DNA from: Dehalococcoidia bacterium
GTDB lineage: Bacteria > Chloroflexota > Dehalococcoidia > Lucifugimonadales > UBA2985
DNA: 64,000 bases
Assembly (NCBI GenBank): GCA_965261605.1
Contig: OZ253466.1
Location: 1,376,819 to 1,440,818, forward strand
Direction of reading: 5' to 3'
The position numbers and the translations under genes were made by a program. This document shows, in pieces, positions 8,709 to 17,744 of this stretch. The stretch's first letter is position 1. Each line of letters begins with the position of its first letter. A model generated the notes under the pieces. That model did not search any database. It had not been told where the DNA came from and saw nothing but the letters and a program-made list of their open reading frames with translations.

Positions 8709-10760
8709 ATGCGCCGCAGTATCGTAGCCGGCGCAAGTCCCGGTTCTATGCACAGAGCTACATCCATATTGTTGAGCCTGCTGGCCCTTTGCCTGGCGTT
8801 GAGCTGCACGCCCGCGCCTCAGCCTTCGCCAACCGCTACGCCTTTATCTACCCCACAGCCAACCTTCCCGCCTGCCGGCGCCGGAACACCGACACCCTTG
8901 CCCATGCCTCAGGCAACCCCTTCGTCAACCAGCGGAGGGACTATTGCCTCCACACCGGCTCCCCCGGCGACACCTACAGAAGAGCCTGCGCCTTCTCCTG
9001 CGCCCGATAGAACGCTAATTCCCAACGCTCCCGACCTGGACCTGTTCGACCTGTTCCGGCGTCTTGGCAGCCCTTGGGACCGCCCTCTCCAGCCGCCGGC
9101 AGACCGAGGCAACATCAGCTTTGAGAAGGGCCATCGGGAGACTTTCTGGGCGCGCGACTCCGTGAGCAAGTCAGTATATGAGGTGGAAGCTACGTTGTCT
9201 CAAGTAAGCGAACACGCTTACTGGTACTTCGAAAGCGGCCATGATCCCGATGAGGAGGCCCTGGCCGGCGCAGTTCGGACCTTCGAGGACAACATCTATC
9301 CGGTAGTGACGTCCCACTTCGGCGGCGAGCGCGGTCCGGGAATCGACAACGACCCCCGTATAACCATCCTCCACGTCCTGAACATCGGGCCGCTTGGCTA
9401 CTACAGCGCCGGCAACGAGTTTCCCGTTGCGATATACCCCTATAGCAACGAGAGGACGATGCTCTATATGAACCTCCATGCGTTGCCTGTGGGTACTTCG
9501 GGCTACCTGGGAACACTGACCCACGAGCTTCAGCACACACTCCACTGGGGCGGTGACCCCAACGAAGAGGGGTGGGTCAACGAAGGCCTCTCGGAGGTGG
9601 CAAAGTGGCTTGCCGGTTACGGATTCAGCTATGTAGGATTCTTTCTGACATCGCCTGTCACCACCCTCACTACATGGCCCGCGAGCGGTTCGACTTTCGC
9701 CAACTACGGCGGGTCCAGCCTATTCATGGAGTATCTGGCCCAGCGCTACGGAGGCCACGACAGCCTGGGTGAGCTAGTCAAGCGGCCGGAGGACGGCATG
9801 GAGGGAATTAACGCCTATCTGGAATCGATGGGCTATCGAGAGAGTTTCGAGGACGTGTTCAGGGACTGGGTGGTGGCGAACTACCTGGACGCCCTGGAGG
9901 TCGGCAGCTACGTCTACGATGGCCTGGACGTAAGCGTCAGCCCCGGCAGGAGAATCACCGGGCCCGGCAGCTTGGCGGTGACTACGCCCCAGTACGCCGG
10001 GGAGTACATAGAGGTGCGGCTGCCGGAAGGGGACGCCCGGTTGACCTTTCAGGGACAGACTGAAACGCCCCTCCTTCCGACCGACGCCCACAGCGGCAGC
10101 CACTGCTGGTGGGGTAACCGCGGAGACGCCATCGACTCCACACTGACAGGAACCTTCGATCTCTCCCACGTCTCTCAGGCGACCCTCAGCTTCCAGATGT
10201 GGTATGCCATAGAGGAGCTGTGGGACTATGTCTATGTAGAGGTTTCCCAGGACGGCGGAGAGACCTGGAGCATCCTGGAGGGAATGCATTCGTCCATGGA
10301 AAAGCCCCGAGGCCTCCGATTTGGCCCGGGGTACACCGGTCACAGCGGCGGATGGCTTGAAGACTCCGTAGACCTGACACCCTACGCGGGTCAGGAGGTC
10401 GCAGTGCGCTTCGAGTACGTCACGGACAAGCGGACTTTCGACGACGGCATATGCTTTGACGACATATCCATCCCGGAGATAGGTTTCTTCGACGATGCCG
10501 AGGACGACGGAGTATGGGAGTCCGACGGGTTCTTCCGCACCGACAACCGTGTGCCCCAAGGCTACATCATCCAGGTCATCGAGCTTGGAGACAGCGCCGT
10601 TGTCAGGGAAATGACCCTGGACAGCGATGGCAGTGGGTCGCTGACACTTCAGGGGTTCGGAGCGGGACTGGGGAAAGTGGTGGTGATCGTAGCGCCAACG
10701 GCCCCCAGGACCACCCAGCCCGCATCCTACGTGCTAACGGTGGAGCAGGTGACGGAATAG
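8709..10760 (+). CDS. Secreted/lipoprotein zinc metallopeptidase, M6 (immune inhibitor A)-like
   Basis: Signal peptide with lipobox (LALCLALSC), a Pro/Thr-rich linker, and HELQHTLHW...NEGLSE (HExxH plus a downstream Glu). The C-terminal beta-rich domain (ATLSFQMWYAIEELWDYVYVEVSQDGGETW) resembles InhA-like enzymes. The start is ambiguous among 8664, 8709 and 8748. Confidence 0.7.
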   Translation: MRRSIVAGASPGSMHRATSILLSLLALCLALSCTPAPQPSPTATPLSTPQPTFPPAGAGTPTPLPMPQATPSSTSGGTIASTPAPPATPTEEPAPSPAPDRTLIPNAPDLDLFDLFRRLGSPWDRPLQPPADRGNISFEKGHRETFWARDSVSKSVYEVEATLSQVSEHAYWYFESGHDPDEEALAGAVRTFEDNIYPVVTSHFGGERGPGIDNDPRITILHVLNIGPLGYYSAGNEFPVAIYPYSNERTMLYMNLHALPVGTSGYLGTLTHELQHTLHWGGDPNEEGWVNEGLSEVAKWLAGYGFSYVGFFLTSPVTTLTTWPASGSTFANYGGSSLFMEYLAQRYGGHDSLGELVKRPEDGMEGINAYLESMGYRESFEDVFRDWVVANYLDALEVGSYVYDGLDVSVSPGRRITGPGSLAVTTPQYAGEYIEVRLPEGDARLTFQGQTETPLLPTDAHSGSHCWWGNRGDAIDSTLTGTFDLSHVSQATLSFQMWYAIEELWDYVYVEVSQDGGETWSILEGMHSSMEKPRGLRFGPGYTGHSGGWLEDSVDLTPYAGQEVAVRFEYVTDKRTFDDGICFDDISIPEIGFFDDAEDDGVWESDGFFRTDNRVPQGYIIQVIELGDSAVVREMTLDSDGSGSLTLQGFGAGLGKVVVIVAPTAPRTTQPASYVLTVEQVTE

Positions 10761-10844
10761 GGGTGAGGGCCAAATACCTTAGGGTATACGGGGTATACGA
10801 TTTGGGCCTTCGTAGAGAGGCCGGCGAATTGTAATTGGCGGGTC

Positions 10845-11249
10845 TCATACAAGTCTATCGAGTCGAAGTAGATCCGGGTCCGTCGTCTCGAGGATAGGGA
10901 TACTTAAGTAGAGTGCAGTAGCGAGATGTATTGCATCAGCTGGTTTGAGCCTTGGCCCATTTCTGTACTGTCTAACGAGTTCCCTAGCCATAGAAGCTAC
11001 TCGCACGTCTAGCGCGACCAAGACAATGTAGTCGCGCCCCAAGAACTCGCGAATCTTTGCCTCAGAATCTGGGTCGCTCAACCCCTCAAGGTAAGCGACT
11101 TCGGTTGCTGCCATTGTCGATACGACGATTTGGGTTTCCCCTCGAGAGGCCTGTTCAAGAATCTGCGGACAAACCTCGGCAAATTCGGTTTGGCCTGCAA
11201 GATGACCGATGACGACCGATGAATCCCATAACCGGCGGCGTGGGGGCAT
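10845..11249 (-). CDS. PIN-domain ribonuclease (VapC-like toxin)
   Basis: LWDSSVVI...VSTMAATEV...DAIHLATAL carries the acidic PIN residues in canonical order. The region is AT-richer. Confidence 0.8.
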   Translation of the reverse strand: MPPRRRLWDSSVVIGHLAGQTEFAEVCPQILEQASRGETQIVVSTMAATEVAYLEGLSDPDSEAKIREFLGRDYIVLVALDVRVASMARELVRQYRNGPRLKPADAIHLATALYLSIPILETTDPDLLRLDRLV

Positions 11250-11251
11250 GG

Positions 11252-12070
11252 CTATCTAGCGGCTGACCCCCGGACGGATTGCAGGAATGCAACTGGGTCT
11301 GTAGCTGCCCGCGCGTCAGGAATGGAGCCGAAGTCTGCTCTCGGCAAATTTGGATCTGCGGTAGCGTCCTCAATAGCGGTTACATTTGCGATCGACCTTG
11401 GTGTGCCATTGACAAAATAGTGGATATTCCCCGTAACCAGAACTCTCTTTTCGAGTAGGCTCGTGACAATGGAAAGCCATTCATCGTCTTTTGGGATGGA
11501 GCAACGGACAGGCGATCTGTTGACCCTATCCCATATTGTCACGGTTGGTGTACCGTGGACGTTGATTGCTTCCAATGTTCCCTCGAGCGAGCCCAGGTTG
11601 TGATAGCCTGCTGTGAGGATTCTGTTTGTTTTTTCTGATATGTCCAGTTTTATGGTAGCCATTTGCTCCCTGTCTCTGAGGACAGTAATGGACCTGGCTC
11701 TGTTCTTCCCACTGAATAATCGGCGCATCTTCCCTAGGTTAACCAACGCCTGTTCCGTAAAGAACTGCGGTGGATGATCAGTTCCAACGGTCACCGCCCG
11801 CAGCCCGCCACTGATCACTTCGACGGCTTGGAGGCCGTGGCCATTGCTGATCTCAGGTTGTACCGTGATGCTGGGCGCACTTGATTGGAGCTTCCGAATG
11901 ACCCATTTGTGCTGAGACTTGGCCCCATAAATTGCATAGTCCACATCGCGTAGCAGGCGGTTGATGTGCTCCAACGAATTGAGGAGCAAGCCGACCGACG
12001 CGGCTTCGGTCTCAGGGTTTACAACAAAGGTCACTTCAGAGGAAGATCCGCCAACGTCTTGGTCAGTCAT
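11252..12070 (-). CDS. Hypothetical 272-aa protein, operonic partner upstream of the PIN gene
   Basis: ATG at 12070 is preceded by AGAGGGAATGAA (RBS). Its stop at 11252-11254 lies 2 nt from the PIN start at 11249. I recognise no DNA-binding or antitoxin fold. Confidence 0.6.
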   Translation of the reverse strand: MTDQDVGGSSSEVTFVVNPETEAASVGLLLNSLEHINRLLRDVDYAIYGAKSQHKWVIRKLQSSAPSITVQPEISNGHGLQAVEVISGGLRAVTVGTDHPPQFFTEQALVNLGKMRRLFSGKNRARSITVLRDREQMATIKLDISEKTNRILTAGYHNLGSLEGTLEAINVHGTPTVTIWDRVNRSPVRCSIPKDDEWLSIVTSLLEKRVLVTGNIHYFVNGTPRSIANVTAIEDATADPNLPRADFGSIPDARAATDPVAFLQSVRGSAAR

Positions 12071-12155
12071 TTCATTCCCTCTGTGTAGTGCGCGGTAGTG
12101 CGCGCAAGCTAGCACAACTTTTAGGCCAGGTCAATCCTCATCCTCGCACCCCAGC

Positions 12156-12184
12156 TTGACACCCTGTGGGGTGGCCTTTATACT
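12156..12184 (+). promoter_or_regulatory. Sigma-70-type promoter for the T-box leader and trpS
   Basis: TTGACA (12156-12161), a 17-nt spacer, then TATACT (12179-12184). Confidence 0.55.
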
Positions 12185-12194
12185 CCGCGCAAAA

Positions 12195-12486
12195 TTCACA
12201 TAGCCAAAGGCTGCGAACGGGAATAGTACGCCTCAAGCGGGACTCAGAGAGCCGGGTAAGGTGTGAGCCGGTGTCAGCGCAGGGGTCGAATGGACCCGGG
12301 AGCCGCAAACCGAAGCCCTTGTTATCAAGGACGTAGGCCTTGCCGGGGGAGTCCCGTTACAGACTCGCGAGCCTGCCTCAAGAGGCTCGGCCGAGATTAT
12401 GAGAGGGGCGAAGCGTGATTGCCGCCTCTCCAAATAAGGGTGGCACCGCGGAGTGACCCCGCCCCTTGATGGGAGCGGGGTTTTTT
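12195..12486 (+). promoter_or_regulatory. T-box riboswitch leader, tryptophan-specific (UGG specifier)
   Basis: From 5' to 3':
- GA/AGTA-box region: tgcgaacgggaatagta
- AGAGA box: cagagag
- Distal loop: ggtgtga
- Specifier-loop context: gaaTGGa, with UGG at 12291-12293
- Conserved T-box sequence: aaataagggtggcaccgcgg (12433-12451)
- An intrinsic terminator
The downstream gene is trpS. Confidence 0.85.
12457..12486 (+). terminator. Intrinsic terminator of the T-box leader
   Basis: ccccgcccc-ttgat-gggagcgggg followed by tttttt. Confidence 0.75.
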
Positions 12487-12531
12487 GTTGGGTTTCGCAA
12501 GCCATGGTCAAGAGAAGAGCGAGGGCCGGAG

Positions 12532-13587
12532 ATGACTACACGGGAGAGGGAACTGGAGACGACAGGCCCGGGCCGCGTCGAGGGCAAGCGGCGGGTGTTC
12601 AGCGGCATCCAGCCCAGTGGAGACGTGCAACTCGGCAACTACATCGGCGCCATCAAGGGTTGGGTCGACCGGCAGGAGGAGAAGGAGAACTACTTCTGCA
12701 TCGTCGACCTGCACGCCTTGACCGTGCCCCAAGACCCGGCCGAGCTGCGCCACCAGACGCGCTCGCTGGCGGCGATGCTGTTTGCCGCCGGCCTCGACCC
12801 GGAGAAGTGCACCATCTTCGTCCAGAGCCACGTGACGGCGCACGCCGAGGCCTGTTGGCTGCTCAACTGTGTCACGCCCATCGGCTGGTTGGAGCGCATG
12901 ACCCAATTCAAGGCGAAGGCGGAGAACCAGGAGAGTGTGTCGACGGGACTGCTGGACTACCCTGTGCTCATGGCGGGCGACATCCTGCTCTACGACGCCC
13001 ATGAGGTGCCTGTCGGCGAGGACCAGCGGCAGCACGTGGAGCTCGCGAGGGACATCGCCCAGCGCTTCAACCGCATCTACGGCGACACCTTCGTTGTGCC
13101 GGTGGGCGTCATACCCGAGATCGGCGGGCGGGTCATGGGCCTCAACGACCCCACGGTGAAGATGTCGAAGAGCTATGCGCACATTCGTGGCCACGCAATT
13201 CGCATACTGGACGACACCAAGGAGATCGAGCGCACCATCAAGCGCGCCGTCACCGACACCGGCAACGAGATCCGCTTCTCCGACGAGCCGGAAAGGGCCG
13301 GCGTCAACAACCTGCTGGGCATCTACAAGGTGATCACCGGCATGGATGAGGCGGCGGTCGAGGCCGAGTTCACCAATGCCCGCGGCTACGGCTACCTCAA
13401 GAGCCGCGTGGCAGAGGTCGTAATTGAGGCGCTCACGCCCATCCGCGAGCGGTACGAGGCGCTCATGCAGGACGTCGACGTCCTCGACCAGCTCCTTGAG
13501 CGGGGCGCGGAGCGCGCGCAGTCCGTCGCCGGGCCAAAGTTGGACGAGATCAAGCAGGGCATGGGGCTGATTATGCGAAGCAAGTAA
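12532..13587 (+). CDS. trpS: Tryptophan--tRNA ligase
   Basis: RVFSGIQPSGDVQLGNYIGAI (HIGH-region equivalent)...KMSKS at MGLNDPTVKMSKSY. The start is set at ATG 12532, after the terminator and a GAGGGCCGGAG RBS. Confidence 0.95.
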   Translation: MTTRERELETTGPGRVEGKRRVFSGIQPSGDVQLGNYIGAIKGWVDRQEEKENYFCIVDLHALTVPQDPAELRHQTRSLAAMLFAAGLDPEKCTIFVQSHVTAHAEACWLLNCVTPIGWLERMTQFKAKAENQESVSTGLLDYPVLMAGDILLYDAHEVPVGEDQRQHVELARDIAQRFNRIYGDTFVVPVGVIPEIGGRVMGLNDPTVKMSKSYAHIRGHAIRILDDTKEIERTIKRAVTDTGNEIRFSDEPERAGVNNLLGIYKVITGMDEAAVEAEFTNARGYGYLKSRVAEVVIEALTPIRERYEALMQDVDVLDQLLERGAERAQSVAGPKLDEIKQGMGLIMRSK

Positions 13588-13628
13588 GCAATACAAACGC
13601 GACTCCCCAGTCGTAAGGGACTACCAGA

Positions 13629-15098
13629 ATGTACTATCCATCGTTGGAAGAAGTCAGGGAACTGTCGAAGCAGGGGAACCTGATTCCCCTGTACCAGGAG
13701 ATCAACGCGGACCTGGAGACACCCGTTTCGGCGTACCTCAAGGTTGCTGAGGGCGCTCAGTCCTTTCTCCTGGAGAGCGTGGAGGGCGGGGAGCAGCTCG
13801 CCCGGTACAGCTTCATCGGGACTGAACCGTACAAGGTTGTCAAGACGGGGCCGGGCCAGCCGTACGGGGAGGTGGATCCCCTGACGCTCATTGAGGAGGA
13901 GTTGGACAGGCACACCCTGGTGTCGATACGAGGACTGCCCCGCTTCCACGGCGGCGCGGTCGGCTTCATCGCCTACGACGTCGTCCGCTACTTCGAGCCG
14001 GTGCCACCGCCGGAAAGCGACCCGCTGGGGCTGCCGGAGGCGGTGCTCCTCTTCGTGGATACCCTGCTGGTGTTCGACCACGTGAGCCACAAGATCAAGG
14101 TTGTCAGCCACATCCGTCTGGACGGAGGGAGCGTGGAGGAGGCGTATACGGACGCGGTGGGCCGTATCGAGCGGCTGGTTGAGCGGCTGGACAGGCCCCT
14201 TCAGATGGAGCGCCGCGTTGCGCCCGGCCAGGCTGAGGACAGTCCAACCTACACCTCCAACATGTCGCAGGAGAGGTACGAGGCGATGGTGGAGCAGGTA
14301 AAGGAGTACATCTACGCCGGCGACATCATTCAGGCGGTGCCATCCCAGCGGCTGGCCAGACCCACCAAGGCGGCGCCCCTGGACATCTACAGGGCGCTAC
14401 GGGCGCTGAATCCCTCGCCTTACATGTACTACCTGTCTCTGGACGGCTTCTCCATAGTCGGCGCATCGCCGGAGCTGCTGGTGCGGGTGGATGACGGCCT
14501 GGTCTACAACTTCCCGCTGGCCGGCACTCGGCCCCGGGGAACGACCACAGAGGAGGACGAGGCGCTGGCCGCGGAGCTGAAGGCCGACGAGAAGGAGCGC
14601 GCTGAACACATCATGCTGGTGGACCTGGGGCGCAACGACGTTGGGCGGGTCTCCCAACCCGGCACCGTGGAGGTCACCGACCTCATGCGGGTGGTGCGCT
14701 ACTCCCACGTGATGCACCTGGAGTCGGAGGTGCAGGGCAGGCTGCGGGAGGACCGCACCATCTACGACGCCCTTCGCTCATGCCTGCCCGCCGGGACGCT
14801 CTCCGGCGCTCCCAAGATACGGGCGATGGAGATCATCTCCGAGCAGGAAGGCGAGCGACGAGGCCCCTACGGCGGCGCTGTGGGCTACTTCAGCTTCTCC
14901 GGCAACATGGACACCGCCATCACCATCCGCACGATGGTCATCAAGGACGGCGTGGCCTACATCCAGGCGGGCGGCGGAGTTGTCGCCGACAGCGTGCCGG
15001 AGAGCGAGTACCAGGAGACGCTGCACAAGGCGCGGTCAAGTCTGCGGGCGATAGAGGAGGCGGAGCGTTCCGGGCTTCTGGTCCAGTGGAAGGACTAG
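13629..15098 (+). CDS. trpE: Anthranilate synthase component I
   Basis: LLESVEGGEQLARYSFIG...GDIIQAVPSQR...SPYMYYL...ERAEHIMLVDLGRNDVGRV...GAPKIRAMEII...RGPYGGAVGYF are canonical TrpE/chorismate-binding motifs. Confidence 0.93.
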   Translation: MYYPSLEEVRELSKQGNLIPLYQEINADLETPVSAYLKVAEGAQSFLLESVEGGEQLARYSFIGTEPYKVVKTGPGQPYGEVDPLTLIEEELDRHTLVSIRGLPRFHGGAVGFIAYDVVRYFEPVPPPESDPLGLPEAVLLFVDTLLVFDHVSHKIKVVSHIRLDGGSVEEAYTDAVGRIERLVERLDRPLQMERRVAPGQAEDSPTYTSNMSQERYEAMVEQVKEYIYAGDIIQAVPSQRLARPTKAAPLDIYRALRALNPSPYMYYLSLDGFSIVGASPELLVRVDDGLVYNFPLAGTRPRGTTTEEDEALAAELKADEKERAEHIMLVDLGRNDVGRVSQPGTVEVTDLMRVVRYSHVMHLESEVQGRLREDRTIYDALRSCLPAGTLSGAPKIRAMEIISEQEGERRGPYGGAVGYFSFSGNMDTAITIRTMVIKDGVAYIQAGGGVVADSVPESEYQETLHKARSSLRAIEEAERSGLLVQWKD

Positions 15099-15102
15099 AT
15101 AG

Positions 15103-16326
15103 ATGACAATGCAGACCATCCGGGGGATGTTCACCGCCCTGGAGGTGCCCAACTACCGGCTTCTCTTTGCCGGGCGGCTGACCTCCAACTCCGGCAGGAC
15201 CATGCGGGTGTTCGCCCGCGCAATCTGGGTGTTCGAGGCCACCGGGTCGCCCCTGCGCATGGGCATCGCCGTCTCCGCCCTCTCATGGCCCATGCTCTTC
15301 ATGCCTCTGATAGGCGGCGTCGTAGCCGACAGAGTCGACCGCAAGAAGCTCCTGCTCTGGACGGAGGGATTGCTGGTCATACTATGGGCGGTTGTGGCGC
15401 TGATTATCTCCCTGGGGGTCTTTCAGTGGTGGTACTTCATCATCACCGCCGTGACCAGTGGCACCATACAGTCCTTCGGGCGAGCCGGTCATCAGGCCAT
15501 GATCGGCAGCGTGGTCGACGAGCAGAGACTGGGCAATGCCGTCGCTCTCGACACCATCTCGATGACCTGGCCCCGTATAGCCGCTCCCGCGCTGGGTGGA
15601 ATACTCATCGGCCCCATTGGAGTCGACGGCCTGTTCTGGCTGACGGCGGCCGGCCAGTTGGTCACGTTCATAACCCTGATCTTCATTCAGTGGACGCCGC
15701 AGGAGCGGAGGGCGGCCAGGGATAGCGTGCGCGGCAACGTGGTGGAGGCCATCCGGCACATCCGGGGCGAGAAGGTCATCATGTCCCTGGTAATGCTGGG
15801 GCTGCTCTCCTCGCTTTTCGCCGGCTCTTTGAACTTCCTGTTGCCCATCTTCGCCATTGATATTCTGAGTGTAGGTACAGGCGGTCTGGGAGTGCTTTTG
15901 ACGACTTCAGCCCTCGGCGGGGCTGTGGGCTCGGCCATCGTCCTGGCCGCCAGCAACGCCAAGCGACACAGGGGCCTGCTGCTGATGGCTATGGCGGCCG
16001 TTAAGGCGGTCATGCTAATCGTCTTCTCACAGTCGAATGTGTTCCCCGTCTCTCTGGTGGCGATGTTTGGCCTTGGGGGAGCTCAGGTGATGTTCATGAC
16101 GATGATCACCGTGGCTATGCAGCAGCTGGCCCCTGACCACCTGCGGGGCCGCATTATGAGCCTGCGGGTGGTCTTCATGGGATTCTCCCCCTTTGGCGTG
16201 ATCATAATGGGGGCCATTGCCGAGGTGCGCGGCGCTGCTGACACCGTGCTCATCGCGGGCATTCTCTACGGCGTCACTGCCCTGGCCGTATTCGCGCTTA
16301 CGGGAACTCTGCGCAGGTTCCAGTAG
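15103..16326 (+). CDS. MFS transporter
   Basis: About 12 predicted helices. GGVVADRVDRKKLL is an MFS loop 2-3 motif. It starts 4 nt after the trpE stop. Confidence 0.8.
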   Translation: MTMQTIRGMFTALEVPNYRLLFAGRLTSNSGRTMRVFARAIWVFEATGSPLRMGIAVSALSWPMLFMPLIGGVVADRVDRKKLLLWTEGLLVILWAVVALIISLGVFQWWYFIITAVTSGTIQSFGRAGHQAMIGSVVDEQRLGNAVALDTISMTWPRIAAPALGGILIGPIGVDGLFWLTAAGQLVTFITLIFIQWTPQERRAARDSVRGNVVEAIRHIRGEKVIMSLVMLGLLSSLFAGSLNFLLPIFAIDILSVGTGGLGVLLTTSALGGAVGSAIVLAASNAKRHRGLLLMAMAAVKAVMLIVFSQSNVFPVSLVAMFGLGGAQVMFMTMITVAMQQLAPDHLRGRIMSLRVVFMGFSPFGVIIMGAIAEVRGAADTVLIAGILYGVTALAVFALTGTLRRFQ

Positions 16327-16421
16327 GAACGCCGCTCACTTCCTTCGACAGGCTCAGGACTTGCTGTCGAACCGTATGCCATGTCCTGAATAGAGTCTCC
16401 CGGCCTAGGCCACTAGGGACG

Positions 16422-17109
16422 TCAGTTGTTGATCTTCGAGTTGATACGACTAGCTTCAGCAGGGTTCACATAATAGTGTGTGAACAACTCATCCACTATT
16501 TGCAGACACAATTCCGCTTCACCAGTTTCTACGTCAACAAGAGTCTGTGATTTTTCCGTATAATGGGCCGAAATGTTGCCCAAATTACGAACGGCACGAA
16601 GTTTATCCATATCAATGCTAGACAATTCGTTACTCTTCGCTAGACTCTCAAGTTGAGCGTACAATGTACTTTGCTTATGACCGTTGTCCTTCAAGACTTT
16701 CTCCAAAATGCGCCTTGCCAGAAAAGCGGATGATCGCGGACTGTCACTTAGGATTGTGTGAGCCTCTCTGCAGTCCCTCGCCAAGTCTTTAGGTACAGAA
16801 GCAGGGATTTCCTTGATGGCCGACTTTTTGTAATGATCGAATGCTATCATCGAATGCTATCTCGGGAAGTATATACAACTCTTGGCAATCGAAGGTCACT
16901 TCGACAACCGGAGTCTTACCCACCAGAGGTTTACTGTAACATATGGTCTTGGTCAAATGGCTACTGTATTTATTCTCAGGCCCGAGGACGCGCACTTCTA
17001 CGTGTTTGAGATGACATACCGGACAGGTCGAAATGGTTACTTCATTCCGGCTGAACAAGAAATCGTCCCAGTTATCATTGAAATCTGTTTCGCAACCTGG
17101 ACATTCCAT
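16422..17109 (-). pseudogene. Zn-ribbon + DUF4145-domain gene split into two ORFs by a 13-bp tandem duplication
   Basis: ORFs 16789..17109 (MECPGCETDF...CPVCH) and 16422..16850 (DUF4145-like ...AVRNLGNISAHY...) overlap. Deleting one copy of the duplication fuses them in frame (...LPEIAFD|HYKKSAIKEIP...). The region is AT-richer. Confidence 0.65.
16836..16861. repeat. Perfect 13-bp tandem duplication (atcgaatgctatc x2)
   Basis: Read directly: 16836-16848 is identical to 16849-16861. Confidence 0.95.
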
Positions 17110-17284
17110 GTGACAAACTCCTTAACCTATTCGATTTTGATGAACGGGAGGATCGGCTAGACCAGTCTATAACCTAGCCGATTCCGGCGTCCAGCGCGTT
17201 GCTGGGTTTTATCGTTACAAGTTGACAAACCTAGCGCACCCGCGCATAATCGCACACAACCCGACCCCCTGCAGGAGGTGAGAA

Positions 17285-17698
17285 TTGCCCAAACCATCCC
17301 CGATCCCTGACGAGATAAGCAAGCCCTACTGGGACGCCTGCAACGAAGACCGCCTGGTGATGCAGGCCTGCAAGACATGCGACCTGATGCACTACCCGCC
17401 CAAGCGCGCCTGCGACAACTGCGGCTCCGGTGACAATCTGGAGTGGCGGCAGGTGAGCGGCAGAGGCAGGGTGCATGGCTATGGCGTGATGTACGACTGC
17501 CGCGTCCGTGCGCTCCAGGGCGACCAGCCCTTCAACATTGCCCTTGTGGAGCTGGAGGAGGACCCGGCCATCCTGATGTACTCCCATCTCCCCGGTACTC
17601 CAGTTGACGATGTCCCCGTCGGGGCAACTGTCCAGGTGGAGTTCGAGGTGACCCCTACCACGGGCCAGAAAGTGCCCGAGTGGCGGGTGGTGAGCTAA
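17285..17698 (+). CDS. DUF35 OB-fold/zinc-ribbon protein (thiolase-associated)
   Basis: YWDACNEDRLVMQACKTCDLMHYPPKRACDNCGS... is a rubredoxin-like Zn ribbon followed by an OB fold. It uses a TTG start and is followed by a thiolase-like gene. Confidence 0.85.
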   Translation: MPKPSPIPDEISKPYWDACNEDRLVMQACKTCDLMHYPPKRACDNCGSGDNLEWRQVSGRGRVHGYGVMYDCRVRALQGDQPFNIALVELEEDPAILMYSHLPGTPVDDVPVGATVQVEFEVTPTTGQKVPEWRVVS

Positions 17699-17744
17699 GC
17701 TCGCTTGTCCCTGCACATATCTAACGCACAGAATGAGGTGACCA

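Noticed and set aside
16327-16421. Hairpin ttcgacag...ctgtcgaa after the MFS gene as an intrinsic terminator.
   Set aside because: The stem is only 8 bp with a 12-nt loop, and no U-tract follows. This is not enough to call a terminator.
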